Assembly (NCBI GenBank): GCA_024639335.1
Contig: JAHEIN010000001.1
Span: forward strand, 1,408 to 65,407
Direction of reading: 5' to 3'
DNA from: a bacterium
Lineage (GTDB): Bacteria; Actinomycetota; Acidimicrobiia; Spongiisociales; ZC4RG35
DNA length: 64,000 nt
Part shown: positions 1-10,206 of the stretch, in pieces
How positions within the stretch are numbered: the first letter of the stretch is position 1
Layout of the letters: each line of letters begins with the position of its first letter
Program-made: the position numbers and the translations under genes
The notes under the pieces: model-generated
Database searches by the model: none
What the model saw: the letters and a program-made list of their open reading frames with translations, nothing else
What the model was told of the DNA's origin: nothing

Positions 1-144
1 GCACGATCGTCCCTGGCCCACGGCTCCTTGGGTACAACGACGTGGGCCACCTGAGACCGATTGCCAGCGACGACACACCGTACGCGCCCGTCGTGGGGGC
101 CCCGAGTCCCGACTCTCCGGCTCCGGGCATCTAGCATTGGTCCC

Positions 145-483
145 ATGAAAAAGGTTGGTCGTATCGTCGGATTCATCGGAGGGGCCGCCGCCATCCTGTG
201 GGCGATGCGTGACCGCCTCATCTCGATTACCGCCCCGGCGGAACCAGAGCCACCGCGTTTCCGAGTTGTCACACCCCCGGCGCCGATGCCGTCCACGGAC
301 AGCGTCACCGATGACCTGACCGTCGTCACCGGCATCGGGCCGGTCTTCGCCGCCCGCCTCAGGGCCGCAGGAATCGACACGTTCGCCAAACTGGCTGCCA
401 CGGACGACGCCCGGCTGGCCGAAGTGGCAGATGTTCCGATCTCGCGCGTCGAGGGGTGGCGAGACCAGGCGTCGAAGCGCTGA
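145..483 (+). CDS. Small membrane-associated protein with a helix-hairpin-helix motif (DUF4332-like)
   Basis: ORF 61..483 trimmed to the internal ATG at 145 (MKKVGRIVGFIGGAAAILWAM, a hydrophobic N-terminus). C-terminal TGIGPVFAARLRAAGIDTFAKLA is an HhH-like motif. The end abuts the rlmN start at 485, which suggests an operon. Confidence 0.45.
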   Translation: MKKVGRIVGFIGGAAAILWAMRDRLISITAPAEPEPPRFRVVTPPAPMPSTDSVTDDLTVVTGIGPVFAARLRAAGIDTFAKLAATDDARLAEVADVPISRVEGWRDQASKR

Positions 484-484
484 C

Positions 485-1564
485 GTGCCGTATCTCACAG
501 ATCCCCGCGAGTTGGGGAGCCTGATCGGCGATGAGCCGGGCTATCGGGCCGGACAACTGCACGACTGGTTGTACAAGACGCCGGTGCTCACCGCGGCCGA
601 GATGACCAGTCTCCCCCCGGCTCTACGGGAAAGCCTCGCCGACCGTCTGTGGCCGTTCACGGTCGAGACCGAACAGTCGGCCGATTCGGGCGCAACCCGC
701 AAGTGGCTCTTCCGGGCGCACGACGGGATGGCGATCGAAGCCGTGCTGATGGGCTACCACAACCGCACCACCTTGTGCGTCTCGAGCCAGGCCGGATGCG
801 CGCTCGGATGTACGTTCTGCGCAACCGGCCAGTTCGGCTTCGACCGCCACTTGGAGGCGGGAGAGATCGTTGCCCAGGTCCAGTACGCCAATGCCTGGCT
901 CCGGGCCAATCCGATACCTGGATCGCCTGGCCGGGTGACGAACATCGTGTTCATGGGGATGGGTGAGCCGCTCGCCAACTACGACAGGGTCCGCGAGTCG
1001 ATCCGCCGCATGATCGAGCACATCGGCATGGGTGCGCGGTCGATCACCGTGTCGACGGTCGGCATGGTGCCGGGGATGCTGCGCCTTGCAGATGAGCCTT
1101 GGCAGGTCAGTCTGGCGGTCAGCCTTCATGCCGCCGACGACGAGTTGCGCTCGTCGATCCTTCCCGTCAACAAGCGGTATCCGTTGGCCGAGGTGGAGTC
1201 TGCCGCCGTCCGTTACTTCGAAGCCAAGGGACGGCGGGTCTCGATCGAGTGGACGATGCTGGCGGGAGTCAACGACTCGATCGACCAGGCCGAGAAGCTC
1301 GCTCCCATCGCCCGCCGCCTGCATGCGCACGTCAACCTCATTGCAATGAACCCGACCCCGCTGTCCATCGACCAGCCGTCGAAACGGGCGGTGATCGAGC
1401 GGTTCGCTGCGACAATCGAGCGACTGGGCGTGAATGTCACGATCCGGAACACACGCGGCCAAGAGATCGATGCGGCCTGCGGGCAGCTGAGGGTGCGTGC
1501 GGCGTCCCCCACCCCGGCTGACGGGCGGATTCGAACGCCTCTGCGAGTCAGTACCACCGAGTAG
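485..1564 (+). CDS. rlmN: 23S rRNA (adenine2503-C2)-methyltransferase RlmN, radical SAM
   Basis: Radical-SAM CxxxCxxC motif (CALGCTFCATGQ). GMGEPLAN, and overall RlmN/Cfr-like layout over ~360 aa. In-frame GTG at 485 gives the N-terminus VPYLTDPRELGS. Confidence 0.85.
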   Translation: MPYLTDPRELGSLIGDEPGYRAGQLHDWLYKTPVLTAAEMTSLPPALRESLADRLWPFTVETEQSADSGATRKWLFRAHDGMAIEAVLMGYHNRTTLCVSSQAGCALGCTFCATGQFGFDRHLEAGEIVAQVQYANAWLRANPIPGSPGRVTNIVFMGMGEPLANYDRVRESIRRMIEHIGMGARSITVSTVGMVPGMLRLADEPWQVSLAVSLHAADDELRSSILPVNKRYPLAEVESAAVRYFEAKGRRVSIEWTMLAGVNDSIDQAEKLAPIARRLHAHVNLIAMNPTPLSIDQPSKRAVIERFAATIERLGVNVTIRNTRGQEIDAACGQLRVRAASPTPADGRIRTPLRVSTTE

Positions 1565-1643
1565 GCCACAAGCCGGGTTTTCGCGCGCTATGGTCGAAGC
1601 CAACAGCGGGCGCTGTCAGGGGCATTTCCAGGGGATCACGGAA

Positions 1644-2768
1644 ATGCCACACACAACTCAGCCGCCGAAGGCTCGACGTCTCATCACCTCGACGCTGGCA
1701 CTCGCCCTGTTCGTCTCGATGACGTCGATGGGGTACGACGTTCAACCTGGTGACACACTCGCTCAGATCGCCGCGGACCATGGCACGACTACGTCCGAGC
1801 TCGCAGCCGCCAACGACATCACCGACCCCGATTTGATCGTCATCGGCCAGACCCTCACGATTCCAGGAGCAGATTCGGCGGATCACACGGTGGCGCCGGG
1901 AGAGACACTCGGGCAGATCGCCGCGCTCTATGGCACGACCGTCGCAGATCTCATCGCAGCGAACGAGCTTTCGAATCCGAATCTCCTCGGAATCGGCCAG
2001 CTGATCTCGATCCCGGGCGAGCCCACTGTGGCGAGCGAAGCCGAACCCTCCATCATCGGTGCCCATATCGTTGCCGTAGGAGACACCCTCGCCTCGATCG
2101 CCATCCGATACGGCACGACGGTCGAGGCGATCGTCCAGGCAAACGGGATCACCGACCCATCGCAGATCTTCGTGGGCACCCGGCTGACCATCGCGGACGG
2201 CGTGACCACGTCGTCGGCCGTTTCATCGGAGCCGACCGGAACCTCGGTCCACACAGTTGCTGCCGGCGAAACGCTCGCCGTGATCGCGTCGCGGTTCGGA
2301 ACGACGGTGCAGTCCCTGGTCGCCACGAACTCCCTCGAAAACCCCGACGTGATCCGGCCCGGTGAGCAGCTGACCGTGCCGGCCGCCGGATGGATCTGTC
2401 CCGTCTCATCGGGTCGATACTTCAACGACTGGGGATTCCCGCGGAGTGGAGGCCGGTTCCACCAGGGCAACGACCTGTTCGCCCCACGGGGCACCGAGGT
2501 CTACGCCCCGGTGTCGGGATCCGTCGAGCTGAAGTCGGGTGTGGTCGGCGGCCTGCAATTCTGGCTGACGGGCGACGACGGACGTACGTACATCGGCACC
2601 CATCTCGATGGCTTCGCCCTCGCCGGCGACGTCCGGGCCGGCGCAGTGATCGGCTATGTCGGAGACAGCGGGAACGCCATCGGGTCCGACCCGCACCTCC
2701 ACTTCGAGATCCTGGTCGACGGATCGCCGATCAACCCCTATCCCATCCTCCGCGAGGCCGGCTGCTGA
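1644..2768 (+). CDS. Secreted LysM-repeat (x4) M23 family peptidase
   Basis: ATG at 1644 (MPHTTQ) followed by a signal/TM segment. Four LysM repeats (GDTLxxIAxxxGTTxxxLxxxN...I.GQxLxIP pattern). C-terminal M23 motifs (HQGNDLFAPRGTEVYAPVSG ... GDSGNAIGSDPHLHFEI). Confidence 0.85.
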   Translation: MPHTTQPPKARRLITSTLALALFVSMTSMGYDVQPGDTLAQIAADHGTTTSELAAANDITDPDLIVIGQTLTIPGADSADHTVAPGETLGQIAALYGTTVADLIAANELSNPNLLGIGQLISIPGEPTVASEAEPSIIGAHIVAVGDTLASIAIRYGTTVEAIVQANGITDPSQIFVGTRLTIADGVTTSSAVSSEPTGTSVHTVAAGETLAVIASRFGTTVQSLVATNSLENPDVIRPGEQLTVPAAGWICPVSSGRYFNDWGFPRSGGRFHQGNDLFAPRGTEVYAPVSGSVELKSGVVGGLQFWLTGDDGRTYIGTHLDGFALAGDVRAGAVIGYVGDSGNAIGSDPHLHFEILVDGSPINPYPILREAGC

Positions 2769-2958
2769 GGCCTGGCTCGCCTGACGGCTCACCTCGGGCG
2801 TTGTCGGTTCTCGGTGGTCGGACATCGGTCGCTGCCGCGAGGATGGTGGGCGCCCGTGGCGCAACATCCCCTCGACTCAGAATCGTCGGACCTCTTGCTG
2901 ACAACCGATGACTGACGACCGATGACGGACCCGTGGGAGCCGCTAGGCGAGCACGGGC

Positions 2959-3570
2959 CTACGAGGGGCGGTCGAGGGAGAAGAGGTCGTGGGTGCGGGT
3001 ATAGGTGGCGCCGCCCATGCGGCCGACTGCCCGAAGCGACTCTTGATCGATCCTCATCCCATCGAGGATCGCACCGTCGACATGAACCCGGACGACTTCG
3101 CCGATGACGACCGAGGCGGCCACCGGGCCATCGGTGCCGATCGGCACCACCTGGCTCAATCGACACTCGAGGTTCGACTTGGCCTCGCCGACCATCGGGG
3201 CGTCGACGACGGTACCGGGGACGCCCGCGAGCCCGGTCAGTTCGAACTCGTCCACTGACGGGGCGTATCGCCCTGCGGTGAGGTTCATGGCGTCCACGGT
3301 CTCCTCGGTGACGACGTTGACCGTGAATACCCCGGTCTCCTCGATGTTGGTGAGGGTGTCCTTTCTGGCCCCACCGGCCCGGATCGTCGAGAACAGCACC
3401 GTCGGCGGCGAAGCCGCTACGGCGTTGAAGAACGAGAACGGAGCGAGATTGCGCACGCCCTCTCTCGACATCGATCCGATCCAGCCGATCGGTCGGGGAA
3501 CGATCAACCCGATCAGCAGTTCGTAGATGTCGACGTCGTCGTGGTTCGCCGGATCGAAGCTCTGTTTCAC
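2959..3570 (-). CDS. Flavin reductase-like (FMN-binding split-barrel) domain protein
   Basis: GTG start. Conserved flavin-reductase family residues (PRPIGWIGS...NLAPFSFFN...PPTVLFS). 4-nt overlap with the downstream DUF885 gene. Confidence 0.7.
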   Translation of the reverse strand: MKQSFDPANHDDVDIYELLIGLIVPRPIGWIGSMSREGVRNLAPFSFFNAVAASPPTVLFSTIRAGGARKDTLTNIEETGVFTVNVVTEETVDAMNLTAGRYAPSVDEFELTGLAGVPGTVVDAPMVGEAKSNLECRLSQVVPIGTDGPVAASVVIGEVVRVHVDGAILDGMRIDQESLRAVGRMGGATYTRTHDLFSLDRPS

Positions 3571-5222
3571 GAGTCGAAGTCGCCTGCGACCACACGCCCG
3601 AGGAGCTCGAGGCCCATATCCCCGCTTCCGAGTACCCGTTCATGGAAGTCTTTGAGATCGAACCGGTGGCTCAGCCGGCGTCGTTCGGCTTCCCGCAGAC
3701 GCAGTATCTCGCGCTCTCCGATCTTGTACGAGATCGCCTGCCCGGGCCAACCGAGATACCGGATCACCTCGCTCCTGGCGTAGTCGGGTGGCTGGAGACC
3801 GATCTCGGTCATGAACCGCGTCGCCCTCCGAAAGTCCCACCGATCCCCAGGGAACAAGGGCGCTCCGGCGGGGATCTCGAACCCGAGATGGAGCCCGATG
3901 TCGGTGACCACACGAGCGGCACGGAAAATGTGCGAGGCCAACATCCCGAACACCCACTCGGGGCGCTCGAGGTATCCGAGCTCCTGCATGAGGCGCTCGA
4001 CGTACAAGGCCCAGCCTTCTCCGTACCCCGAGTACCAGATGAGCACGCGTTGCGCCCGACTGAGTCGCTCACGTGCGGCCATCGCCGTCGAGATCTGCAG
4101 ATGGTGCCCGGGAAAGCCCTCGTGATAGGCGGTCGAGACCTCCTGATAGAGCGGGAAGGTCTGTTGATCGCCGAGCGAGTAGTAGATCCCGCCGGGACGC
4201 GTGAAGTCCTCCGAGGGATCGCGGTAGTAGGCACCCAGCGCGCCGCCAGGCGGTGCGATCGCAACCGTCACATCGCGGAACTCATCCGCCAGATCGAAGT
4301 GCGAGCCCTCGAGATCCTCGATCGCCTGCCGCTGACGATCGGCCACGAACTCCACGAGTTCGTTTGGGCTGTCTACAGCGATGGTCGTGTCGGTTTCCAA
4401 CCGCCTGATGACACCGGCGAGATCGAGCGACGGATCGATCTCAGCGGCGACGGATCGCATCTCGGCTGTCAGCCGGTCGATCTCTCCCCATCCCCAGTCG
4501 TACATCTCCTCGGGTTGGACCTCCATCCCGAGGAAGGCTCGGGCGGCCCGCTCGTACCGATCACGTCCCACCCCATCCTCGGACCTTGCTTGGGGCAGGT
4601 ACTCGACGGCGAGGAACCCGGCGAATCCTGCCATCTCGCTCTTGGCGGTCTCAATCGCCTGTGCGACCTCGGTAGGGATCGGAGAGCCCTGCTCGAGCGA
4701 GTGCCACGGCGATGACGGGCCGACCAGACGCTCGGCCTGTGCGAGCACAGACTCGACCTGTCGCCGGGACGCCACCTCACCGACATCGAGTCCCCTGGCC
4801 AGCGTCTGGCGATATCCGAGCAGCGGTGTGCCGATCTTCCGAAGCCGTCTGGCGGCATCGGCAGCGGCCGCAGGGTCGGTGTGATCGACGAGCTCGAAGA
4901 TGTCTCGGAACGGCTGGAAGGGGCTGGACGTGTGAGCCAGGGCACGGAGATGGTGGAGACCTTCGTAGTCGTCGACCACGTACCCGGCGTATTCGGTCAC
5001 CACATGTGCTGCCAGCCGCTGAATGGGATCGGGGTGCGCCAGGTGCTGCTCCAGAGCGGCGCAGACCGCACGGGCCAGATCGGCCTTGGCCGCTTCACCA
5101 TCCGGGGAGAGATCGTCCCAATCGGCATCGTGCCCGGGCGCGCCGAGTGTGGTGGCGAACAACGGTGACAGAGCAACCAGCTCGTCGATGAGTCGTTCGG
5201 AAATCTCAAATGGAGTGGACAC
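3567..5222 (-). CDS. DUF885 family protein (putative metallo-hydrolase)
   Basis: 551 aa with the DUF885 hallmark HEGFPGHHLQ motif. Paralogous to the gene at 16286..17911. Confidence 0.8.
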   Translation of the reverse strand: MSTPFEISERLIDELVALSPLFATTLGAPGHDADWDDLSPDGEAAKADLARAVCAALEQHLAHPDPIQRLAAHVVTEYAGYVVDDYEGLHHLRALAHTSSPFQPFRDIFELVDHTDPAAAADAARRLRKIGTPLLGYRQTLARGLDVGEVASRRQVESVLAQAERLVGPSSPWHSLEQGSPIPTEVAQAIETAKSEMAGFAGFLAVEYLPQARSEDGVGRDRYERAARAFLGMEVQPEEMYDWGWGEIDRLTAEMRSVAAEIDPSLDLAGVIRRLETDTTIAVDSPNELVEFVADRQRQAIEDLEGSHFDLADEFRDVTVAIAPPGGALGAYYRDPSEDFTRPGGIYYSLGDQQTFPLYQEVSTAYHEGFPGHHLQISTAMAARERLSRAQRVLIWYSGYGEGWALYVERLMQELGYLERPEWVFGMLASHIFRAARVVTDIGLHLGFEIPAGAPLFPGDRWDFRRATRFMTEIGLQPPDYARSEVIRYLGWPGQAISYKIGEREILRLREAERRRLSHRFDLKDFHERVLGSGDMGLELLGRVVAGDFDS

Positions 5223-5279
5223 GCCGGATGATCGTACCGCCGGACCACCCGTTCCCGACGTGGGTTAGCCTCGACCACC

Positions 5280-6341
5280 ATGAGCGAAGTGCTGCCCGAG
5301 ACGATTCCGGTGAGACACGACGAGCGCATCGATGTCGGACACTTGATGACATGGCTCGGAGGGCGCCTACCTGGAGCCGACACGACGCCGCAGGTTTCAC
5401 AATTCTCTCGGGGCAAGGCAAACCTCACATACCTGCTCGACTTCGGTGACGGCAACGAATACGTGCTTCGAAGGCCGCCGCTCGGTCCTGTGGCGCCGGG
5501 GTCGCACGACATGGGCCGCGAGCACCGAGTGCTGTCGACGTTGTGGCGGGCCTTTCCGCTGGCACCTCGGTCCTATGTCTTCTGCGACGACGACTCGGTG
5601 ATCGGCGCACCGTTCTTCGTCATGGAGCGCCGCCACGGAATCGTCGTCCAGAACACGGTTCCGGACATCTTCGGTGGCGGCGACGAGCCGGTGGCGAACC
5701 GCAAACTGTCGGAAGTCGTGGTGGACACGCTTGCCGAGTTCCATGCCGTCGCTCCCGCCGAGGCCGGGCTGGCGGACCTCGGGCGCCCAGAGGGGTTCCT
5801 CGAGCGACAGGTGACCGGTTGGGCTCGTCGATGGGACGCTGCCAAACACGAGGACAATCCGCTGGCCGACGAACTGTCGCAGTGGCTGGTCGAGACGATG
5901 CCGCCGTCGCCACCTGCCTCCCTGCTACACAACGACTGGCGCCTCGACAACATGGCGGTGTCCGAGGAGGACCCCGGCGTGTGTGTCGCGGTCTACGACT
6001 GGGACATGTGCACACAGGGAGACCCGCTCGCCGACTTGGGGACGGTGATGGCGGTCTGGTACGACGACGGTGAGATGCCGTCGGCGCTCAACCCGATGCC
6101 GACGACGCGCCCAGGCTTCATGACCCGGGCCGAGGCGATTCAGCGGTATGCCGAGCGCTCGGGTGTCGAGGCCGCCGAGATCGGCTGGTACGTGGTGTTC
6201 GGGACGTTCAAGCTGGCCGGGGTGCTCCAGCAGATCTACATCCGCTGGCATCGGGGGCAGACCAAGGACGAGCGTTTCGCCCGATATGGGGAAGGCGCGG
6301 CGAGGCTGATCCAGCTCGCCGATGAGCGGCGCCGGAACTGA
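5280..6341 (+). CDS. Phosphotransferase family protein (APH/ChoK-like kinase fold)
   Basis: Conserved HNDWRLDNM catalytic loop and DWDMCTQGDPLADLG (DxD-like) motif typical of aminoglycoside phosphotransferase-like kinases. Confidence 0.8.
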   Translation: MSEVLPETIPVRHDERIDVGHLMTWLGGRLPGADTTPQVSQFSRGKANLTYLLDFGDGNEYVLRRPPLGPVAPGSHDMGREHRVLSTLWRAFPLAPRSYVFCDDDSVIGAPFFVMERRHGIVVQNTVPDIFGGGDEPVANRKLSEVVVDTLAEFHAVAPAEAGLADLGRPEGFLERQVTGWARRWDAAKHEDNPLADELSQWLVETMPPSPPASLLHNDWRLDNMAVSEEDPGVCVAVYDWDMCTQGDPLADLGTVMAVWYDDGEMPSALNPMPTTRPGFMTRAEAIQRYAERSGVEAAEIGWYVVFGTFKLAGVLQQIYIRWHRGQTKDERFARYGEGAARLIQLADERRRN

Positions 6342-6362
6342 GCGGCGGTACGCTGGCCGTCG

Positions 6363-6722
6363 ATGTCCTTCGACCACCTCAGCGCAGAACGTTTCATCAG
6401 CCTGGTCACCTTTCGCAGGTCGGGTCAAGGGGTGGCGACGCCTGTGTGGTTCGCCCTGGATGGCCCGTCTGTCGTGGTCGGCACCTTCGAAGACTCCGGA
6501 AAAGCCAAACGGCTGCGGTACACAGACAAAGTGGATATCGCCCCCTGCAACTTCCGCGGCCTGGTCAGAGGACCGTATGTGCCCGGCCACGCTTGCGTCC
6601 TCGACCCGACCGGCGCGATTCTGGCTGCGGCTGCTCTGAGCGACAAGTACGGGTGGCAGTGGGACATGTTCAGCCGAAAGGTCGACATGTACGTGTCCGT
6701 ACGACCTGCCGAAGACGCCTGA
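6363..6722 (+). CDS. PPOX class F420-dependent enzyme family protein (pyridoxamine 5-phosphate oxidase-like split barrel)
   Basis: 119 aa. Pattern ISLVTFRRSGQGVATPVWFALDGPSVVVGT is typical of small PNPOx-like/F420-binding proteins of actinobacteria. Confidence 0.6.
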   Translation: MSFDHLSAERFISLVTFRRSGQGVATPVWFALDGPSVVVGTFEDSGKAKRLRYTDKVDIAPCNFRGLVRGPYVPGHACVLDPTGAILAAAALSDKYGWQWDMFSRKVDMYVSVRPAEDA

Positions 6723-6803
6723 GGCGGCGTTCTCGGAGAACGGCCGTTGAGTCGAGTTTTGCTTCAATTTGTCAAGTATTAGGGTCCCTGGCAGGAGGCC
6801 CTG

Positions 6804-7784
6804 ATGACAACCAACATCGTCGACGTCCACGACGTCGTGCGCACCTTTGGTGAAGTGAAGGCGCTGGACGGCATGTCACTGAGCTTCGAGCCCGGAATCA
6901 TCTACGGTCTGCTCGGACCCAATGGAGCGGGCAAGACCACGCTCATCAGGGTGCTGGCGACGCTCTTGAAGCCGACCTCGGGCTCGGCAACGGTTGCCGG
7001 CATCGACGTCGTCGCGGACCCGGATGCCGTAAGGACCCGGATCGGGCTCGCCGGCCAGTTCGCCGCAGTCGACGCCTACCAGACCGGTCGGGAGAACGTC
7101 GAGATGGTGGGACGCCTCTACAACCTCTCGAAGCGTGAGGCCAGGCGCCGCACCGACGAAGTGCTCGAGCGGATCGACCTCATGGACGCCGCCGACCGCC
7201 AGGTCAAGACCTACTCCGGCGGCATGCGCCGGCGCCTCGACCTGGCCGCCTCGATGGTCGGTCGCCCCGAAGTGCTGTTCCTCGACGAGCCGACGGCGGG
7301 AATCGATCCTCGCAGCCGACTCGACATCTGGTCGCTGATCGAAGACCTCGTCGAAAGAGGCACGACCATCCTCCTGACGACCCAATACCTCGATGAGGCC
7401 GACCAATTGGCGGCGCGAATCGGCGTGATCGACCGTGGAACGATGATCGCCGAGGGGACGGCCGACGAACTCAAGGACATGGTTGGCGGTTCGGTCGTCC
7501 AGTTGACGGTGCCGCAGGAAAAGCAGTCCACGGTGGTCGGACTGCTGCGATCAGTCTCAGGTGATGAGCCAACCATCGACCAGTCGAACGGGCGAATGTC
7601 GATACCGGCATCGAGCGCACAGACGCTGTTGACGGTCGCCCGGAAGCTGGAGGAGGCGTCGATAACGCCTGACGACATCGGCCTCCGCAAGCCGACGCTC
7701 GACGACGTGTTCCTCTCCATCACCGGTCACGCAGCAGAGGTCGGAGAAGCCGGGCCGAAGCGACCTGCGAGGAGCAGAGAATGA
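6804..7784 (+). CDS. ABC transporter ATP-binding protein (DrrA-like, ABC-2 exporter)
   Basis: Walker A GPNGAGKTT, signature LSGGMRRRL, Walker B LFLDEPTAGID. Followed by a 4-nt-overlapping permease gene. Confidence 0.85.
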   Translation: MTTNIVDVHDVVRTFGEVKALDGMSLSFEPGIIYGLLGPNGAGKTTLIRVLATLLKPTSGSATVAGIDVVADPDAVRTRIGLAGQFAAVDAYQTGRENVEMVGRLYNLSKREARRRTDEVLERIDLMDAADRQVKTYSGGMRRRLDLAASMVGRPEVLFLDEPTAGIDPRSRLDIWSLIEDLVERGTTILLTTQYLDEADQLAARIGVIDRGTMIAEGTADELKDMVGGSVVQLTVPQEKQSTVVGLLRSVSGDEPTIDQSNGRMSIPASSAQTLLTVARKLEEASITPDDIGLRKPTLDDVFLSITGHAAEVGEAGPKRPARSRE

Positions 7785-8626
7785 CCGCCCTGACTGCTTC
7801 AGACGCCGAAACGACGATCACCTCTCCGCTCGGGAGGATGTTGCGTGACATCGGGGTCATCACGAAGCGCAACGTGCTGAGAAACGTCCGGCTGCCCCAG
7901 CTCCTCCTGTTCGCCACCATCCAGCCGGTGATGTTCCTCCTGCTGTTCAACTACGTGTTCGGCGGGTCGATCGGGAGGGCTCCCCAACTCGCCCAGTTCG
8001 GCAGCTACATCAACTGGTTGGTTCCGGGGATCATCATCCAGACCGCCACGTTCGGGTCGAGCCAGACCGCTGTAGGGCTCACCGAAGACCTCCAGGCCGG
8101 TGTGATCGACCGCTTCCGGTCGCTCCCGATGGCCCGCTCTGCGGTGCTCGCAGGCAGAACCATCTCCGACCTGATCAGGAATGCCTTCGTCTCGGGCCTG
8201 ATGTTGACGGTCGGTGCGCTCATCGGATTCAGGTACCAGACCTCGTTCCTGCAACTGGTGTTTGCGTTCTTGATCGCGATGGGTTTCGCGTTCTCCTTCA
8301 GCTGGGTGATGGCAGCCGTCGGTCTGGCCGTCAAGGACACCGAGACCGCCCAGACCGCCAGCTTCATCCCGCTGTTCCCGCTGGTGTTCGCCTCGTCTGT
8401 GTTCGTGTCGGTCGAATCGCTCCCCGATTGGCTACGGGTCTTCGCGGACCATCAGCCTGTGACGGTCATGGCGAACGCGATGCGCGGGCTCATGCTCGGG
8501 GAGGCGGCACTCCCTGCCGGCACGACCGTGGGGGGAACGGTCACGGCGTCGCTGGTGTGGATCGCAGTGATCTTGTTGATCTTCTTCCCGCTCAGCGTCC
8601 GCCTCTACCGCCGCGCTGCCGGCTGA
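7781..8626 (+). CDS. ABC-2 family transporter permease
   Basis: 281 aa with about 6 hydrophobic helices. Translationally coupled to the upstream ATPase (ATGA overlap). Confidence 0.8.
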   Translation: MTALTASDAETTITSPLGRMLRDIGVITKRNVLRNVRLPQLLLFATIQPVMFLLLFNYVFGGSIGRAPQLAQFGSYINWLVPGIIIQTATFGSSQTAVGLTEDLQAGVIDRFRSLPMARSAVLAGRTISDLIRNAFVSGLMLTVGALIGFRYQTSFLQLVFAFLIAMGFAFSFSWVMAAVGLAVKDTETAQTASFIPLFPLVFASSVFVSVESLPDWLRVFADHQPVTVMANAMRGLMLGEAALPAGTTVGGTVTASLVWIAVILLIFFPLSVRLYRRAAG

Positions 8627-8747
8627 CGTCGGACACAGGCAGCGTTCGGTGATCGGCTCGTCCGTTGCCCGCTCGTCGAGGGACGCAGTCGACGGGCGGG
8701 ATTCAGGACCGGATGGGACTCATCCGGGCTACTCGACGTCCATCGGT

Positions 8748-8858
8748 CTAGCGGAACCGCTTCCGGACGGTGTCGACGATCATGCCGCCCCCCAGGGCAA
8801 ACAGCGCAACGACGGGGATGGCGAGTTCCACGTCGACGACTTCCAATACCTCACGCAT
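8748..8858 (-). CDS. Putative 36-aa small membrane peptide (not in ORF track)
   Basis: Minus-strand ATG at 8858 preceded by AGGTGG 5 nt upstream. Encodes MREVLEVVDVELAIPVVALFALGGGMIVDTVRKRFR (one TM helix, basic C-tail). Lies in an otherwise empty 280-nt gap. Confidence 0.25.
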   Translation of the reverse strand: MREVLEVVDVELAIPVVALFALGGGMIVDTVRKRFR

Positions 8859-8935
8859 GGGGCCACCTTTGCGAGTCTGCGGAGAGAAGTCAACCGCGAT
8901 TCCCGGTGGTCGCGAAGAACGGCGATGCTTGGCTG

Positions 8936-10186
8936 ATGCGAACGACGATCTTCACCGTGGGCTCGCGTGGCGACGTGCAGCCGTATGTTGCGCTGGGGAC
9001 GGCACTTGCGCGTAGCGGGCTCGACGTCACGGTTGCCACTCATGAACCGTTCCGTGAGTTCGTCACAGATCGGGGCCTGACCTTCGCTCCTCTTCCCGGG
9101 GACCCCCGAGCGCTACTCGCCACCGAAGAGGCTCAAGAGCTGCTCCGCACCGGCCTGGGACTGATCCGGTTCGCCCGGCGCTTCGTGGCGATCCTCGAAC
9201 CGTGGTTCTGGAGGCTCGTCGACGCGATCACCCCTATCCACGAGCAATCAGACGCCGTGTTGTACTCGGCCCTGGCGTTTCCCACCTGGCATCTCGCTCA
9301 AGTCGACCGGACGCCGACCATCCAGCTCAGCCTTCAACCTCTCCTCCCCACCTCGTCGTTCCCGGCGATCACCACCGCGTTCCAGAGCTTGGGCCCCTTC
9401 GGCAACCGGATGACCCATGGCATCAACCAGCAGTTGTTCTGGCAGCCGCTGCGGACTGCGGTCGATCGGTGGCGAACGCGCGACCTCGGTCTCCCACCGC
9501 AGGGCCTCCGCGGTCCATATCGGGAGCTCTCGGCGAAACGAGAGCCCATCCTCCACGGTTTTTCGAGACACCTCGTCACTCCCCCATCGGACTGGCCCGA
9601 CCATGCCATCGTGACCGGGCCATGGCCCTTGAGCGATGGGCTTCCGCTCACCGAACAGACCGTCGCCTGGCTCGCCGACGGCCCCGCTCCCGTCTACGTC
9701 GGCTTCGGATCGATGCGGGACTCGGAATCGGAGCGGCTGGCCGACATCGCGCTCACCGCAGCCGAGCGAGCCGACGTCCGGCTGGTGCTCGACGCCGGAT
9801 GGACGGAACTGCAAGGGGTGTCCAGCGACAGGGTGCGGGTGGTTTCGGGCACCGACCACAGCCGGTTGTTTCCTCACATGTCCGCCGTCGTTCACCACGG
9901 CGGTGCCGGCACGACCCACACCGCCGCATCTGCAGGAGTGCCGTCGATGGCCATCCCTTACTTTGCGGACCAGCCCTTCTGGGGCAAGCGACTCGAGGCG
10001 GTCGGGATCGGCGCACCGCCGCTGCCGAGGCGTGAGCTCGACGCGACGGCGCTCACCGAGCGCATCTCCATCCTCGATCGGGACGCCCTGAGGGCACGGG
10101 CATCACAGATCGGCGAGGCAATGCGATCCGAGCGCGGCCTTGAAACGGCCACCGCCTTCGTCGTCCGTCGTCTCGGCCGAGCGTGA
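8936..10186 (+). CDS. Family-1 glycosyltransferase (UDP-glycosyltransferase/MGT type)
   Basis: N-terminal IFTVGSRGDVQPYVALGTAL and C-terminal UGT signature VVHHGGAGTTHTAASAGVPSMAIPYFADQPFWG. ATG at 8936; an alternative GTG at 8906. Confidence 0.8.
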   Translation: MRTTIFTVGSRGDVQPYVALGTALARSGLDVTVATHEPFREFVTDRGLTFAPLPGDPRALLATEEAQELLRTGLGLIRFARRFVAILEPWFWRLVDAITPIHEQSDAVLYSALAFPTWHLAQVDRTPTIQLSLQPLLPTSSFPAITTAFQSLGPFGNRMTHGINQQLFWQPLRTAVDRWRTRDLGLPPQGLRGPYRELSAKREPILHGFSRHLVTPPSDWPDHAIVTGPWPLSDGLPLTEQTVAWLADGPAPVYVGFGSMRDSESERLADIALTAAERADVRLVLDAGWTELQGVSSDRVRVVSGTDHSRLFPHMSAVVHHGGAGTTHTAASAGVPSMAIPYFADQPFWGKRLEAVGIGAPPLPRRELDATALTERISILDRDALRARASQIGEAMRSERGLETATAFVVRRLGRA

Positions 10187-10206
10187 GCCGGTGCGGCGCC
10201 TCCGGT

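Noticed and set aside
2789-3643. 284-aa minus ORF spanning the peptidase / flavin-reductase junction
   Set aside because: Extremely Arg/Gly/His-rich, and it overlaps the real flavin-reductase gene in another frame.
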